Source: Octopus sinensis (taxonomy: Eukaryota). From it: DNA of 64,000 nt. The notes beneath the pieces are model-generated. The model saw only the letters and a program-made list of their open reading frames with translations, did no database searches and was not told where the DNA came from. The stretch covers positions 48,670,001 to 48,734,000 of the forward strand of contig NC_043009.1 of assembly GCF_006345805.1 (NCBI RefSeq), written 5' to 3'. Positions 39,295 to 53,680 of this stretch are shown one piece after another. The translations under genes were made by a program, and so were the position numbers. Every line of letters starts with the position of its first letter. Positions within the stretch are counted from its first letter, which is position 1.

Positions 39295-39356
<62 letters not shown>

Positions 39357-39606
39357 TATTAATGATTTCAAATTTTTGCCACAAGGGCAGGTCGGCAAAG
39401 GTGGGGACGAGTTAATTACATCGACCCTAGTGTTCAGCTTGTACTTATTTTATCGACTCCAAAAGAATGAAAGGCAAAGTGAACCTCAGCAGAACTTGAA
39501 CTCAGAACGTAAGCATTTCGTCCCACAAGCTAACGATTCTGCCAGCTCGCCGCCTTAATATAATAACAATAATAGTAATAATAATAATAGTATTAATAAT
39601 AATAAT

Positions 39607-39681
<75 letters not shown>

Positions 39682-40257
39682 TAATAACAACAATAACAAT
39701 AATAATAATAATCACAGTAACAACAACCACATACCTCGTTAGGTTCTTTTATCCATGCTCAGCTGTTAGTAGATTTGCTATCTTCTGAAACAGGTTTCTT
39801 ACCGTCTTCAGTAACAACACACAACGCTGTAAAATATAGTCCAGAAGATTAAGACAATTAATGTACTGAACGAAAAGGAATGCTTAATTAATTAATATTA
39901 CACTAGTAATGAGAGAATACAATCATTAGTGATAATTAAAATACTTGTCAGGCTTGACAGGGGAGGTAACTTTGAAGCTAGGATTGATTTGAATTTAAAT
40001 GGCGGCGTGTAAGGAGACGTTAACTGTAAGAGAAATTCGTGAAGCAAAGCAGCAGCAGTAGCATTATCGACTCCTTTCGGATCTTATTCCTTAACCGCTC
40101 GGCCGGCCGTTGCTACATCGTATTATTTCCTTAATAAGCCGTGTATGTCTACATCTAAAGATTCACAGATATCTTTCCCTGATACAAATCTTGAGATATG
40201 TAATAAACAAAGAACAACGATTGGGTGGCGAGCGGGACGGAAACAATTTATAGCATC

Positions 40258-40373
<116 letters not shown>

Positions 40374-40499
40374 GTGATAAGTATTAAATGTAGATGTAGA
40401 TGCAGAAGTAAAGGGAAAAGATTAAGGAAAGAAAGAAGTAGGGGAAGTAGAAGAACTACGAGTGGATGATGAAGAGAAAGACGAATAATAATAATAATA

Positions 40500-40538
<39 letters not shown>

Positions 40539-41059
40539 TAATAATAATAAGAGCAACAACAATAACAAGGATGCTGATAAATAAGAAGAAGGAGAAGAAA
40601 CAGCTGCTAATGTTTCTAATATCTGTATTCGCTAAGTGATACGAAATCTATGTAATGCAACTAATTGACTGAAGAACATCACTTAGCTATACACACTGGC
40701 ATATTGTATTGGCGTATCTATATTGTTGAACATCTCTAATGGACACTGGCACCTGTCAAAGAGAATTAAGCAGTCTTTAGGCAATCGAAGAAAAACCAAA
40801 ACTTTTAATGCAGACAGATAATGAAGTTCAGAGACGACTCTTGAGAGAAGAACTGAAGTTTTCTTATTCAGCTGTAAATAAACACATCGAAGATTCAAGA
40901 ACGCTGTTCAAATATTCCGATATTTTTCATATTTACAGCAACATAAATCTTCAAACCAACTGGATCGATAACAGAACAGTGTAATAGAAAGATCTTGAGT
41001 TCGCATTTCCACAATGTTGAGTTGTACTCTTTATTAGGCTTTCTCGGACCAATGACAGA

Positions 41060-41275
41060 GCTTGTATTTGGTTGTGATCGTTGTTTCTGCTACAAGTAGC
41101 AGCTGAATAACCCTCATATTCCATTCTGCCGACTTTAACAAAATACAGTTGGATAATGTTAGACCTAGACAGAAGATTGGAAAATGAGATTGGATGATCG
41201 TAAATGACTGACATTGGATGAAATGTCTCGAGGATTAGGTCTGACCTGGGGCTACAGGACAACAACAGCAACCTG
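41060..41275 (+). mobile_element. Family-E repeat (degenerate)
   Basis: CTGCTACAAGTAGCAGCTGAAT..GTTGGATAATG..CTGACCTGGGGCTA..ACAACAACAGCAAC. Homologous to 39130-39300 and to 11240-11495 on -. Confidence 0.6.
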
Positions 41276-41877
41276 ATTATATAAGTTAAAATGGTTATGT
41301 TCAACAAGATGATGTCAGCAGTTTGGCAGAAACTTTACAATGTCAGTCAAAATGCTTTATGTGTTTTCCTATTCTCAAATCTCGTCATGGAAAGTTTGAC
41401 TTTTATCCTACAGGGATCGACAAATGAGTGGAACCCATTTTAACTCATAAGACAAGATGCTCAAGATAATTCAAGTGGCATCGAACACCTGAAGCAACAT
41501 CATAGCGAAATGTTAACCGCTCAACCGCGCCTCTAGCTTATGTATCGTTGACATGCAGTGTTACATGAAAACACCTGGCCTAGTAGTGAAGGTGATCAGC
41601 ACATAATCATACAATCGTGGGTTCAATACTTGACCGTGCAGAGAATTATGTCAGCCAGCAAGGTATTATATGTTTTGTTGCTAATATTCTTAACGAGTAC
41701 TAGCCCGGTGTTGGTGTCGACTTCTCCCCCGCCAGCAGTTACGACTGGGATATGTTGCTGGTCAGCGATGACGGGGCCAGCAAGGTAATTCAAATTACCT
41801 CCGAATACATAGAAACCTAAAGCATTTAGTAAAAGCACACAAACATATACACACACATACACATACATATATACATA

Positions 41878-42033
41878 TATACGACGGGCTTCTTTCCGTT
41901 TCCGTCTACTAAATCCACTCACAAGGCTTTGGTTGGTTCGAGGCTGTAGTAGAAGACACTTGCCCGAGATGCCATGCAGTGGGACTAAACCCGAAACTAT
42001 GTGGTTGGTAAGCAAGCTACTTACCATACAGCC
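41878..42033 (-). mobile_element. Family-B SINE head
   Basis: GACGGGCTTCTTTCCGTTTCCGTCTACT..GGGACTAAACCCGAAACTATGTGGTTGGTAAGC. Confidence 0.85.
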
Positions 42034-42544
42034 AATCCTACACCTACATGATTACTAAACATGAAGAAACAGAATCGAAGATGACTGAATTGATGGCTGA
42101 CATGGGCTGGTTCTCAGCATCGGTGTGTCAGTTGTTAGGAAACATAGATGAAAAATAACAAGAGTGTTACCTTACAATAAATGGATTCTTACAGGACGTC
42201 CAATGGACAAAGGTAGATCGTAAACGAGAAGGTGGGGAAAAGTTCCAGTTTTTAAGAGTATCACTAAAGGCATGGTTAGAGGCCCAGCATTCCGAGTTCT
42301 TTTACAGGGCTTAGAAAAACTAAGGGACCTTTACAATAAGTGACTTTGAGAAAGAAATATGTTGAATAAAATCATAATTGACTTATCCTGCTATAATTCC
42401 TTTTACCCAAAAGCCAGGAACCTATCAGCAATCCTCGTTTATATATATATACATGCACAAACACACATAAACACACACACACAAACACACACACACACAC
42501 ACACACACACCACACACACACATACACACACACACGCACACACA

Positions 42545-42591
<47 letters not shown>

Positions 42592-43386
42592 GAAATGTCA
42601 GGAGATATGAGATATGAATATACCTCGTACACTACGCAACATCCTTAGGGTTACGTTTGTTTCGCAAATTACTTCATGATATATTAATTTTAGTGTAGAA
42701 GAAAGTATGCTAACATGTTTGCAGCAATATGTATATTCGGCGTTATACAATACAATTGTATATTCACAAATCAAAGCAAATAAAGAAAGCTAGCTCATCA
42801 GATCATCAGAGTTTGTGTAGTGATTGAAATTTTCACGCCACTGCGATCGTCAGCTGAGGGTTCCAGGGGTGTAAACGCAAATCGTGAGAGAAACGCTCAG
42901 CCTTACTTTCAATAAAAAGAAAACAAAACATATAAGTCAAGACTATATGCAAGACGCAACGAAAATTTTAGGAAAACAAAAATAAGAAATAAGTGGAAAT
43001 TTTACCGGTGAATGTATTAAATTATAAGGCAGAAAAAGAAAGGACTCTCCCCAGATACAAGAGAATATGCTTCAACAAACGAACTCACATAAATAATCTT
43101 GCAAACAAAATCCAAAACATATAACCTATTCTGTATTGAGCACTCCCCTTTCATTCGTCTTACACACACACACACGCTCACAGGTATATGTATACGGGCA
43201 GATGGTGGATATAGCTTACGTTCTCCGTTGACTTCGTCTATAAAAGGGTTCTGCCTTATATTTCAAGCACTTCCTCTTTTCCTTCAGCATCAATATTATT
43301 ACAGTACCTTCTGAGTTTTATAAATTTCTAATACCATTTACGCTGACGTGAACCATCACAGGCATACTAAATTTAGTGGCTATCTT

Positions 43387-43432
<46 letters not shown>

Positions 43433-43473
43433 GTAAATATATATACGTATGTATATATATAATATATATATAG

Positions 43474-43526
<53 letters not shown>

Positions 43527-44528
43527 ATATATGTATGATATATAATCAAGCATAAATGTATACATTTGGCACACATATATGCCCACAATAAAAGACCTTA
43601 CACATATGTACATACATCCATATATACATGTGTACATATATGTGTGTCTCTGTGCGTGTGTGTTTGTGTGTGTGTGTGCGTGTGTGTGTGTGTGTGTGTG
43701 TATGCATGTATGTATATATAAATGAAAATGTGGGAGAGGCCGAGATAGAAAAGATAGATAGATAAATATATGTGCATACGCATAGAAAGATAGATGGATA
43801 CATACATAAATCGATAGATAGATAGATAGATGTATACATATATAGACTGATAGATCGATAGAGAGTCGGAAAGAGAGAGAGAGAGATAGATATAGAGAAG
43901 GAGAAAGAAAGAGAGAGTGAGCGAGAAAGAGGGAGATAGAGAGGTAGAGAAGTGGTATATTGTATATTTACATACAAAATATATGACCATGGATACACAA
44001 ACATACAAAACATATGACAATAAACTACTACCAATATAACTACACCAAAAACAGCAACAAACACGACACCATCACCACCACTACTACAACCACCACCATC
44101 ACCACCACCACCACTACCACCTACAACAATAGCAACCACAACAACAATAACACTGAAAACAACGACAAAGGCAATAAAGCATTCCACAGTATAAAATTAA
44201 TCAGTTCCATATTGACTAAGAACTTGGTCAATATATCTTGTTCTCCAAGACCTACCCCCCCTCCTCCTAATACCACTATTATTACCACCAGCACTACTAA
44301 CGTCGCAAGCATGCACAAGAACCACAACCACCACCACCACCATCACCGCCGCCGCCGCCACCGTCTCCGTCGCAACTACACCATTCTTTAGTCTTAAATA
44401 AAACATTGTTTGCCGTTCCGCATAGTATTGGAGCTGGTGGCTATATTTCATAGCAAGGGTAGTCATGGAAGACGTAGCGACTAGTGAAGTACGTCTGGAC
44501 ACAACACACACAACACACACACAACACA

Positions 44529-44561
<33 letters not shown>

Positions 44562-44934
44562 ACACCACCACACACATACAACACATACACACACACACAC
44601 AACACATACACACACACTACACACACACACACACACACACCACACACACACACCACACACACACACCACACACACAACACACACACCACCCATTAACACA
44701 CGCGGTCTGCATACACGTGGACGGACACCGCGTACACACACATACAAGCACTCACACATACATATACACAAGCGCAGGAATACACGCACATGCGTATCCA
44801 GATGTATACACGTACGGACAAAATCATATAGGATTACACACGCATGCGCACACACATACAGGCACACAAACCATCACTCACCGACACACACACACACAAA
44901 CACGCACACTTGCACACGCACAAACATATATAAA

Positions 44935-44977
44935 CATATGTGTGTGTGTGTATATATGTATATATGTGAGTGTGGTG

Positions 44978-45012
<35 letters not shown>

Positions 45013-45070
45013 ATACATACTCATATATACAGACATATATGTGTGTTTGTGTATATATGTATATATGTGA

Positions 45071-45124
<54 letters not shown>

Positions 45125-45189
45125 ATACATACTCATATATACAGACATATATGTGTGTGTGTGTATATATGTATATATGTGAGTGTGTG

Positions 45190-45220
<31 letters not shown>

Positions 45221-45473
45221 ATACATACTCATATATACAGACATATATGTGTGTGTGTGTATATATGTATATATGTGAGTGTGTGTGTGTGTATATATAT
45301 ATATATGTGTGTGTGTGTGTATACATACTCATATATACAGACATATATGTGTGTGTGTGTATATGTATATATGTGAGTGTGTGTATATATATTATATATA
45401 TGTGTGTGTGTGTGTATACATACTCATATATACAGACATATATGTGTGTGTGTGTATATATGTATATATGTGA

Positions 45474-45517
<44 letters not shown>

Positions 45518-45576
45518 ATACATACTCATATATACAGACATATATGTGTGTGTGTGTATATATGTATATATGTGAA

Positions 45577-45612
<36 letters not shown>
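44935..45612. repeat. Higher-order ~100-bp repeat built from microsatellite modules (~7 units)
   Basis: Anchor GTATACATACTCATATATACAGACATATATG at 45011, 45123, 45219, 45319, 45414 and 45516. Confidence 0.95.
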
Positions 45613-45613
<1 letters not shown>

Positions 45614-46059
45614 CTGACGAGCACATATATCTATACAAATGCGCCCACATGGACATATGCACACAGACACACGTACGAACACGATCAAATGCACAAAGAA
45701 ACACTTGCACACACACACATACACACACACGCACACACGCACACACATAGACGCGCGCGCATAAACATACAGGTGTACACGCATATACACATGCACTCAC
45801 AGTCATACTCACACACATACGAACATTCGCAACCAGACGTGGCCGCATTCACTAATACACACTTAGATATGTGCACGCTCTCATCCAGAGATACAGGCAG
45901 TCGCGCTCATGCGCGATTACAAGCATATAAAATGTGAAAACGCATTTACACGCAAATGCAAACGCACACATACATATATTTTCACATATGTAAATGTGCA
46001 TGTGTACCTACCTACCTACCTACCTACCATCCTACCTACCTACCTACCTACCTAACTAC

Positions 46060-46109
<50 letters not shown>

Positions 46110-46196
46110 CTATCTATCTATCAGTCTATCTATATGTTTGTCTATCTACCTATCTATTTGTATGTCTGTTTGTCTGGTTGTCTGTCCATCTGTCTT

Positions 46197-46233
<37 letters not shown>

Positions 46234-46288
46234 TCTATGTATATATGTATGTATGTATGAATGTATCTATCTATCTATCTATCTATCT

Positions 46289-46331
<43 letters not shown>

Positions 46332-46408
46332 GTCTATCTATCACTTAAATCAATCTGTATGTCTCCCTCTATATATTTATGTGTGTCTATGCGTATAGAT
46401 ATATATAT

Positions 46409-46444
<36 letters not shown>

Positions 46445-46493
46445 TAACAGAGAGAGTGGGGTTAACAGAGAGAGAAAGAGTAATAAGCAGTTG

Positions 46494-46555
<62 letters not shown>

Positions 46556-46954
46556 CAGACAAACAGACATATACATATAGATATATATATAGATATACAC
46601 ACATAAGTTTCTGCGCCCATAATATATACCCACGAACATCACCTCACTGACTCATAGATACACATGCATATATACACCCAATTACATAAATATTCATGCA
46701 AAACTTCACGCATACTATATCACACCGCATAAACTCACACCGTTATTAGCGTAAGAACATCATGTGACCAACATGCATACACACACACATACACACGCAC
46801 ACACACGTACATACTCAGCTACATAAATGCAGACATACCAGTCATTACACACGCATATGCATACATATATGTAGGGGCACATTTAGATACACAGACAAAA
46901 GTGGATGATTACGTCCATTGACATGCAGAAATTTTCTGTTACATATTTAAATAC

Positions 46955-48265
46955 TCTTTACTCATCTGAATGCTGCCATGCTGGAGCACCGCCTTTAGTC
47001 GAGCAAATCAACCCCAGGACATTCTTTGGAAGCCTAGTACTTATTCTATCGGTCTTTTTGCCGAACCACTAAGTTATGCGGACGTAAACACTCCACCATC
47101 GGTTGTCAAGCGATGTTGGGTATATATATATATATACATATATACGACGGGCTTCTTTCAGTTTCCGTCTACCAAATTTACTCACAAGACTTTGGTCAGC
47201 CCGAGGCTATACTAGAAGACATATGCCCAAGATGGCACGCAGTGGGACTGAACCCGGAACCATGTGGTTGGTAAGCAAGCCACTTACCACACAGCCACTC
47301 CGGAACATGCATACAAACATGCATGCACACATACAAGTGCAGGAATGACTGTGTGATATGGAGCTTGCTTCCCAACCACATGTTTCCAGCTTACGCCCCA
47401 CTGCGTGGTATCTTGAGCAAATGATATTTTACTGTAGCCTCGGGCCGACCAAAGCTTTGTGTGTGGATTTGGTAGACGGAAGCTGAAAGAAGACTGTCGT
47501 ATGTACATTTATATTCTTTCTTTCATTCTTTTACTTGTTTCAGTCATTTGAGTGCGGCCTTGCTGGGGCACAGCCTTCAAGAGTTTTAGTCGAAGAAATC
47601 GAGCCCCCAGGGCTTATTCTTTCTAAGCGTAGTACTCATTCCATCGAACACTTTTGTCGAACCGCCTAAGTTACGGGGACATAAACACACCAGTATCGGT
47701 TGTCAAGCAATGTTGGGGGGACATACACAGACACGCGCACACATAAATATGTACATATGTATCTCTTTACTACCCACAAGGGACTAAACACAGAGGGGAC
47801 AAACAAGGACAGACAAACGGATTAAGTCGATTACATCGACCCCAGTGCGTAACTGGTACTTAATTTATCGACCCCGAAAGGATGAAAGGCAAAGTCGACC
47901 TCGGCGGAATTTGAACTCAGAACGCAGCGGCGGACGAAATACCGCAAAGCATTTCGCCTGGCGTGCTAACGATTGTGCCAGCTCGCCGCCTATGTACATA
48001 TGTACATATGTATGTGTGTATGTGTGTGTGTGTGTGTGCATGTGCTTGTCCCACCGTCATCACCACTTGACAACTGGTGATGGTGTATTTGCGTACCTGT
48101 AACTTAGCGGTTCGGTAAAAAAAAAACCCCGATAGATTGTTAAAAGAATAAGTGCTGGTGCCAATTTGTTCGAGAAAAATCCTTCAAGGCGGTGCTGCAG
48201 CATGGTCGCAGACAAATGACTGAAACAAACTAAAGAATAAAAGAATAAGAAATAGAGAAAAGTAT

Positions 48266-48296
<31 letters not shown>

Positions 48297-48436
48297 TATA
48301 TATTCTATATTTTATTTGTTTCAGTCATTTGACTGCGGCCATGCTGGAGTACAGACTTTAGTCGAGCAAATCGACCCCAAAACTTATTGTTTGTAAGCCC
48401 AGTACTTATTCTATTGGTCTATTTTGCCGAACCGCT
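46955..48436. mobile_element. Dense SINE cluster: B(-) 46955-47301, B head(+) 47341-47500, B tail(-) ~47520-47725, A(-) 47762-47990, B tail(+) ~48050-48245, B tail(-) ~48305-48436
   Basis: Family motifs as above. The A copy has a 14-bp TSD TATGTACATATGTA (47748-47761 and 47991-48004). Confidence 0.88.
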
Positions 48437-49671
48437 GGAATTTCCTAAACGCATTAGTAATATTTTCATTACGGAATCATTCTGACAAACAATTACTTCA
48501 TGATCAAAAAACACACACTCCCGTCAAAAATGTGGTATCGCGATGGGTACCAAAACTGCACCAGTCCTTGCGAACCTCATATATATTAGTTACTTGTATT
48601 TCTAAGAATAGACATAAGCATCCTGTTAACAAAAAACAATCCAGCATTCCAATTAAAGAGTAGAAAACCCACAGAATTTTCTCCCCTTATCCACAGGAAC
48701 TGGATAACTCCTACCCCATTTCCTGTTTGACGCATAAGCATCCAACACTGCACTGAAACACATGCATCCTAATCCTTCAAACAAGTTTTTCAATGGAATA
48801 CTATTGAACTTTTAAAGCTTAAAGACACTGTGATGTATTGATATATTTATTTATTTATTTTAGTATATATTTATTATATTTTTGAGAAAAAAACATTATT
48901 TTTTTCCCCTTTCTCATCTTGAAAATTTGCCATGCTATGAAAGCCGCTCTGAAATCCATTTTAATCTTTCTTACACAATTTATATTAAAATTTGCATTCA
49001 GTTTAGCATTCTGCCTTATTATTATTTTTTCCTTTCCAATCATTTCTCCACATGCCGTTAACACAACCCCAACATTTACTCTCTTCCTCTCTCTGTCTCT
49101 CTGTCTCTTTGTTTCTCTGTATTACGGACACGTGACATACTACCATGGGAATAATGTCTATACTTAAATACTCTCAAACATGGCGGCGCGCTGGCGGAAT
49201 GGGTAGCACGTCGGGTAAAATGCTTAACTACATTTCGCCCGTGTTTACGTCCTGTGTAGAAATTCCGCCAAATTTTGCCTATCATACTTTCGTGGTCGAC
49301 GATGTAAGTACCAATTGAGAAGCAGGATCGATGTAATCGACATGGCCCCTTTACCCAAATTTCAGGACTTGTGCCTATAGACGAAAGTATGGTTTAACAC
49401 AGGCATACGTTCCACCTTATTCTACAGCAACGAGCTGTCCGAATCGTTAGCACTACGACAAAATGTTACACAACGTTTCTTCAGGCTTTACAGTCTGGGT
49501 TCAAATTCCATCCTGGTAAGCTCTATCTTTTCGATAAAATAAATACCATGTTAGCTGTTAGATCAATTGTAATCGAAATTGCTCCCACGTAGTAAAAATT
49601 GTTCGACTTATTCCAAAATTAGATTCAATATTTTCAAACACACATATACACAAATACCCTTACGTATCTGT

Positions 49672-49718
<47 letters not shown>

Positions 49719-49967
49719 CATATGTGTGTGGGTTCGGGTCTTGAAGACTACCCGATTCCATCCATTGCTACTCAGAGTTCCACATACGCAAATTACAAGG
49801 AACATTGTCAGAAGGATCGCATGTATAGTTTACATATTTGTAACTGCAAGAAGCCGTGGAGTAAATCATTACATGTTATCCTATAATCATTTCGATGCCA
49901 TGTGTTTAGTGCTCTGTTTTTGTTATTGTTTTTTTATGTATAATACATAGGTACAATATATATATAA

Positions 49968-50313
49968 TAATGTTCGTCCTTCGGTTCGAAGATGACCAAC
50001 TGACATCATCTGATGGAACTGCCGCCATGAGACCGGAGGTGGCTGGTGAGGCCAATCCGGGCAAGGAAGCCCCTCCCACAGGTGGGGCAGAAGTGGGTAG
50101 GGGCAGTGCTACTGGTGCAGGCGGCTCTGACTTTACGCATCTGACGTTTCTGCTCCGCTGACCGAATCCGTCCCTCCTCGGCTGTCCCTGCTCCCACGGT
50201 GATTGCGCTGCGCCAGGATGAGCGGTTGGCAGCAAGTGTCTCCCAGGTCTCTGTTCCGATGGAGAAGTCTTTGAGAGAGACCTTGAGACTATCCTTGTAG
50301 CGCTTTTTCTGCC

Positions 50314-50314
<1 letters not shown>
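49968..50314 (-). mobile_element. RTE-clade LINE 3' end, 5'-truncated, little decayed
   Basis: Uninterrupted frame GQKKRYKDSLKVSLK..WETLAANRSSWRSAI..CPTCGRGFLARIGLTSHLRSH (RTE C-terminal CCHH finger). Short 3' UTR, (ATT)-type tail, (TA)n flanks, GC content well above surroundings. Confidence 0.93.
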
Positions 50315-50358
<44 letters not shown>

Positions 50359-50574
50359 GCATACATAAGTGTGTGTGTATGCATTTATATATGTAAATAT
50401 ATCTTATACTCCCTTTTTCTCTCTGTCTGTGTCTGTCTGTTTGTCTCTCCATCTCGCTTACACCAACTGATTCTTTCACATACATAAAATATTCGCTAGT
50501 TGTTCCTCTCCCTCGCCTTTATAAACTCTCACACAAATACACATAAATACAACTACACACATACATATGTAAAC

Positions 50575-50615
<41 letters not shown>

Positions 50616-50971
50616 CCCCCCTCTCTCTCTCTCCTTCACTAACACACACACATATATATAAGATATTCGCTCTTTGTTTCCCTTCATTCTTTCATTCTAC
50701 ATCCAAATTCACAAATTCACATATATTACAAGAGCATTCGCTGTTATTTGTCCTAAAAAATAGCTAAAATGTAAATAAAATTGAAAAACAAGGCGGAATA
50801 AAAACTTATATAAAATATTAGATATTTTCTAATATAAGTCTAAATTTAGACGAAGACATAGAATTTCCAAAGATATTATAAATAGTCGGCATTGAAATGG
50901 TTGAAGTAATTTCGAATTGGCAGTCTACATTTTTATATATGTTTGCGTTTTACTTTATTCATAGTTTATAT

Positions 50972-51008
<37 letters not shown>

Positions 51009-51149
51009 TCATCAGGCTCCCTTGTATGATTATGTACAACCCATTACACCATAGCCAATACCGGTTTGATGCCCATGCGTAGTTCTAATTAATATATATG
51101 TGCGTTGTGTGTGCGTATAATACTTATATATATATATTATATATATATA

Positions 51150-51197
<48 letters not shown>

Positions 51198-51199
51198 TA

Positions 51200-51239
<40 letters not shown>

Positions 51240-52999
51240 GTGTGTAATTGTTATTCGTCTTTTGTGTATGTAGATATGTTTTTCTATTTTATCCTGTCTC
51301 CGTAGTTACAGGACCGACACACCCCCTAAAGTTACCGAACCCGTATATATAAAAGGAGGCGCATTTGTTTTCATTAGAGAAAATAACTGAGATAATAATA
51401 TGTACCTCATCCCAAGAGACAATGCTGAAAATATATTTATTAAAATTTTATTTACGGTGACTTTGAATGTTTTTGAAATAGCAATGTTCGTTGTTTTTAT
51501 TCATTTTAAAAACTTGTAAGTTTACCCATAAAATATTATTATACAAACCATAACTCCCACCATTGAGAGAGGATATGGTATAATATAATATAGAAATTAA
51601 CGATACATACAAATTTAATTACGAGCTACACGATATAAAAGAGAATATCTAACATTAAAATAGACAGACATACTAGCAACAGCGACGGATATACATATAT
51701 ATGTAGAGGATACCGATATAAAAATATGATAAACTGCCATCCGCATTCACAGCCACTACCACCAAAATTATCTGTTGGGGATACCTCTATAAATTAAATT
51801 CAATAGAGTAGACAGAATAATATGAGATGAACAGATAGAATAACAAAATCAAAGATGCATTTACATACATACAGATTCACTGATATCTATATTCACACAT
51901 GCATACATATACATACATACATGCACACATTCATGTTCATAACCACACAGATACGCCAACATTGCCATTATAAACAACACACATGTAACCGAGAATAAAT
52001 ACATAGACATAGATATTCATTCATGCTTGCGTTTGCTCATTGATGTCTATCAAATATAACACTAAACATCTTTAATTGTGGATGCTTTGAGAACAAAACA
52101 TCTTTATCGCTGATGTCTATTTTCCGGTCGTAGATGGGGTATGAAAATATTTGCTTGGGGTTTCCGAGGGTATTCCTGTGTCCACTGCTGCTTTCCAGTA
52201 AAAATGGTTTCCAGTTTAGGAAGAAAGCCACCGATTTTGAGGGAAGGGACTGAATTGACGTCACACTTCCTTTATTCTATCGACGTCGAAAAAATGAACA
52301 GCAAAGTTGACCTCGGCAAGATTTCAACTTAGGACGTAAAGAGGTGGAGCAAATAACACAAGGTATTCTTTCCAACACAAATGACTCTGTCAACGCACCG
52401 CCCTTCATCCAAAAAATACTACTTGTTATTCATTAAGGCAGGAGACAAGCAATTCTGAGGAGAGGTGGCTTAACCAATTACATAGCCTCCAATATTTGAT
52501 TGCTCCTTTATTTATCGACTCCGGAAAGTTGATCGGCGAAGTTGTCCTTGATAGAACTTGAAAACAGAATGCACAGAGCTGGAACTTATGCCGCAAGTAT
52601 AATGATTCTGCCAGCCCTCCAACTTTGCAATAAAGGTTTGAAATTTTGGCACAAGGCCAGCATGACGGGAGGCGATAGACGATTACGTCGACCTCAGTAT
52701 TCGACTCGTACTTATTTTATCGACCATGAAAGGATGAAAAGCAAAGTCACCCGCAGTGGAATTTGAACGTAGAAAACAAAGCTGACATCACTCTTGTAAT
52801 AGCAAATGCGTTCATTCTTCAACATTACTGGTAATGACGTATGTCGCTTTTAAAGAATTACGGTTGCTTTTTTCCAAAATAGACTTTAGTTGGTTTTCGA
52901 ACTACGCCTTGCCTTTAGTCATCAAACCCGGTATTGGCTATGGTGTAATGGGTTGTACATAATCATACGAGGGAGCGTGATGAATCTCACAAACACACT

Positions 53000-53680
53000 A
53001 CATGTCCGAGCCGACTCAAGGGATGTCTACACAGTGTGAATTCAAGACTACTGATATTGATTCGACAGCGTCCGTTTTTGTTGAAGTAAACAAATTGTCC
53101 TATCTCTCCTGGTGAGTGAAAGAATCATCTGGAGACAGTATATGTGTCGATCGTAATTTTTCCATATGTGCCACTCTTACAGGATATAAGAAACACAGGC
53201 TGTTTGTTATACGCATGCAATGGTATGACGAATGATACTGAAAAAGTTTCTTTCTGAATCTTCCAAAGTTAACCGAGGTTTATCTGTGTTAGTTTATATT
53301 CTTTTTATCCAATGAGCTTTTACAGTAAATGATGCTACCTGGATACCTGAATAGATAAGAAGATCGGTGCAGCGTGTCATTGACAAATGACCATAACTTC
53401 TTTGGCGCTGAATCTCAAACCCATTCCATTAGAAACTGAATTAGCTGCTTAGATGAGAGCCCTAAAGGCTTCTAATATGTGAGTCAGCACGCCACAGGTA
53501 TAAGCATATTGTAGCCCAATGATCTATTAAGAGCTGAGTTTTCTTAGTGGTCTCAATGCTTCTGCGGTTGAAAAGGCTCTCATTGAAACAAATTTTCATA
53601 TTGGTTATGCGTTTCCATCCTTCTGTATAACAATGTGATTGCACAGATGTGAATGATGTTAAACAATATAGAACCTGCCT
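53000..53680 (-). pseudogene. Old RTE-clade LINE reverse-transcriptase relic
   Basis: Frames on -: SLFNRR..TKK; LQYAYTCGVLTH (LQYADDCALVAH-like); GMGLRFSAKE; FRYPGSII..LD..NFGRFRK; ACVSYIL*EW..CLQMIL. Confidence 0.7.

Noticed and set aside
39999-40031. ATGGCGGCG start with ACT|GTAAGA donor (MAACKETLT) and YY1-like motif
   Set aside because: It resembles a decayed family-A SINE head (GGCGGCG..GAGACGTTAAC), as does 40224-40260. No downstream exon can be linked.
40951-41307. 118-aa minus-strand ORF with a CUB-like motif (SRSNIIQLYF..EGYSA) and a good acceptor
   Set aside because: The plus strand of 41060-41275 is a degenerate family-E repeat (CTGACCTGGGGCTA..CAACAAC tail), homologous to 39130-39300 and 11240-11495. 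The ORF is an antisense artefact.
41558-41788. Signal-peptide-like ORF MSASKVLYVLLLIFL ending at an AAG|GTAATT donor
   Set aside because: It overlaps a decayed tRNA-SINE head (TGGCCTAGTAG..GGGTTCAATAC) and the AGCAAGG..GTTGCT segment of family C.
44935-45612. CRISPR-like repeat/spacer array (also 5291-5800)
   Set aside because: Eukaryotic context, spacers are not unique and there are no cas genes.
53035-53116. Plus-strand exon candidate ending in CTG|GTGAGT, and ORF 53462-53755
   Set aside because: Both lie within the minus-strand RTE reverse-transcriptase relic.
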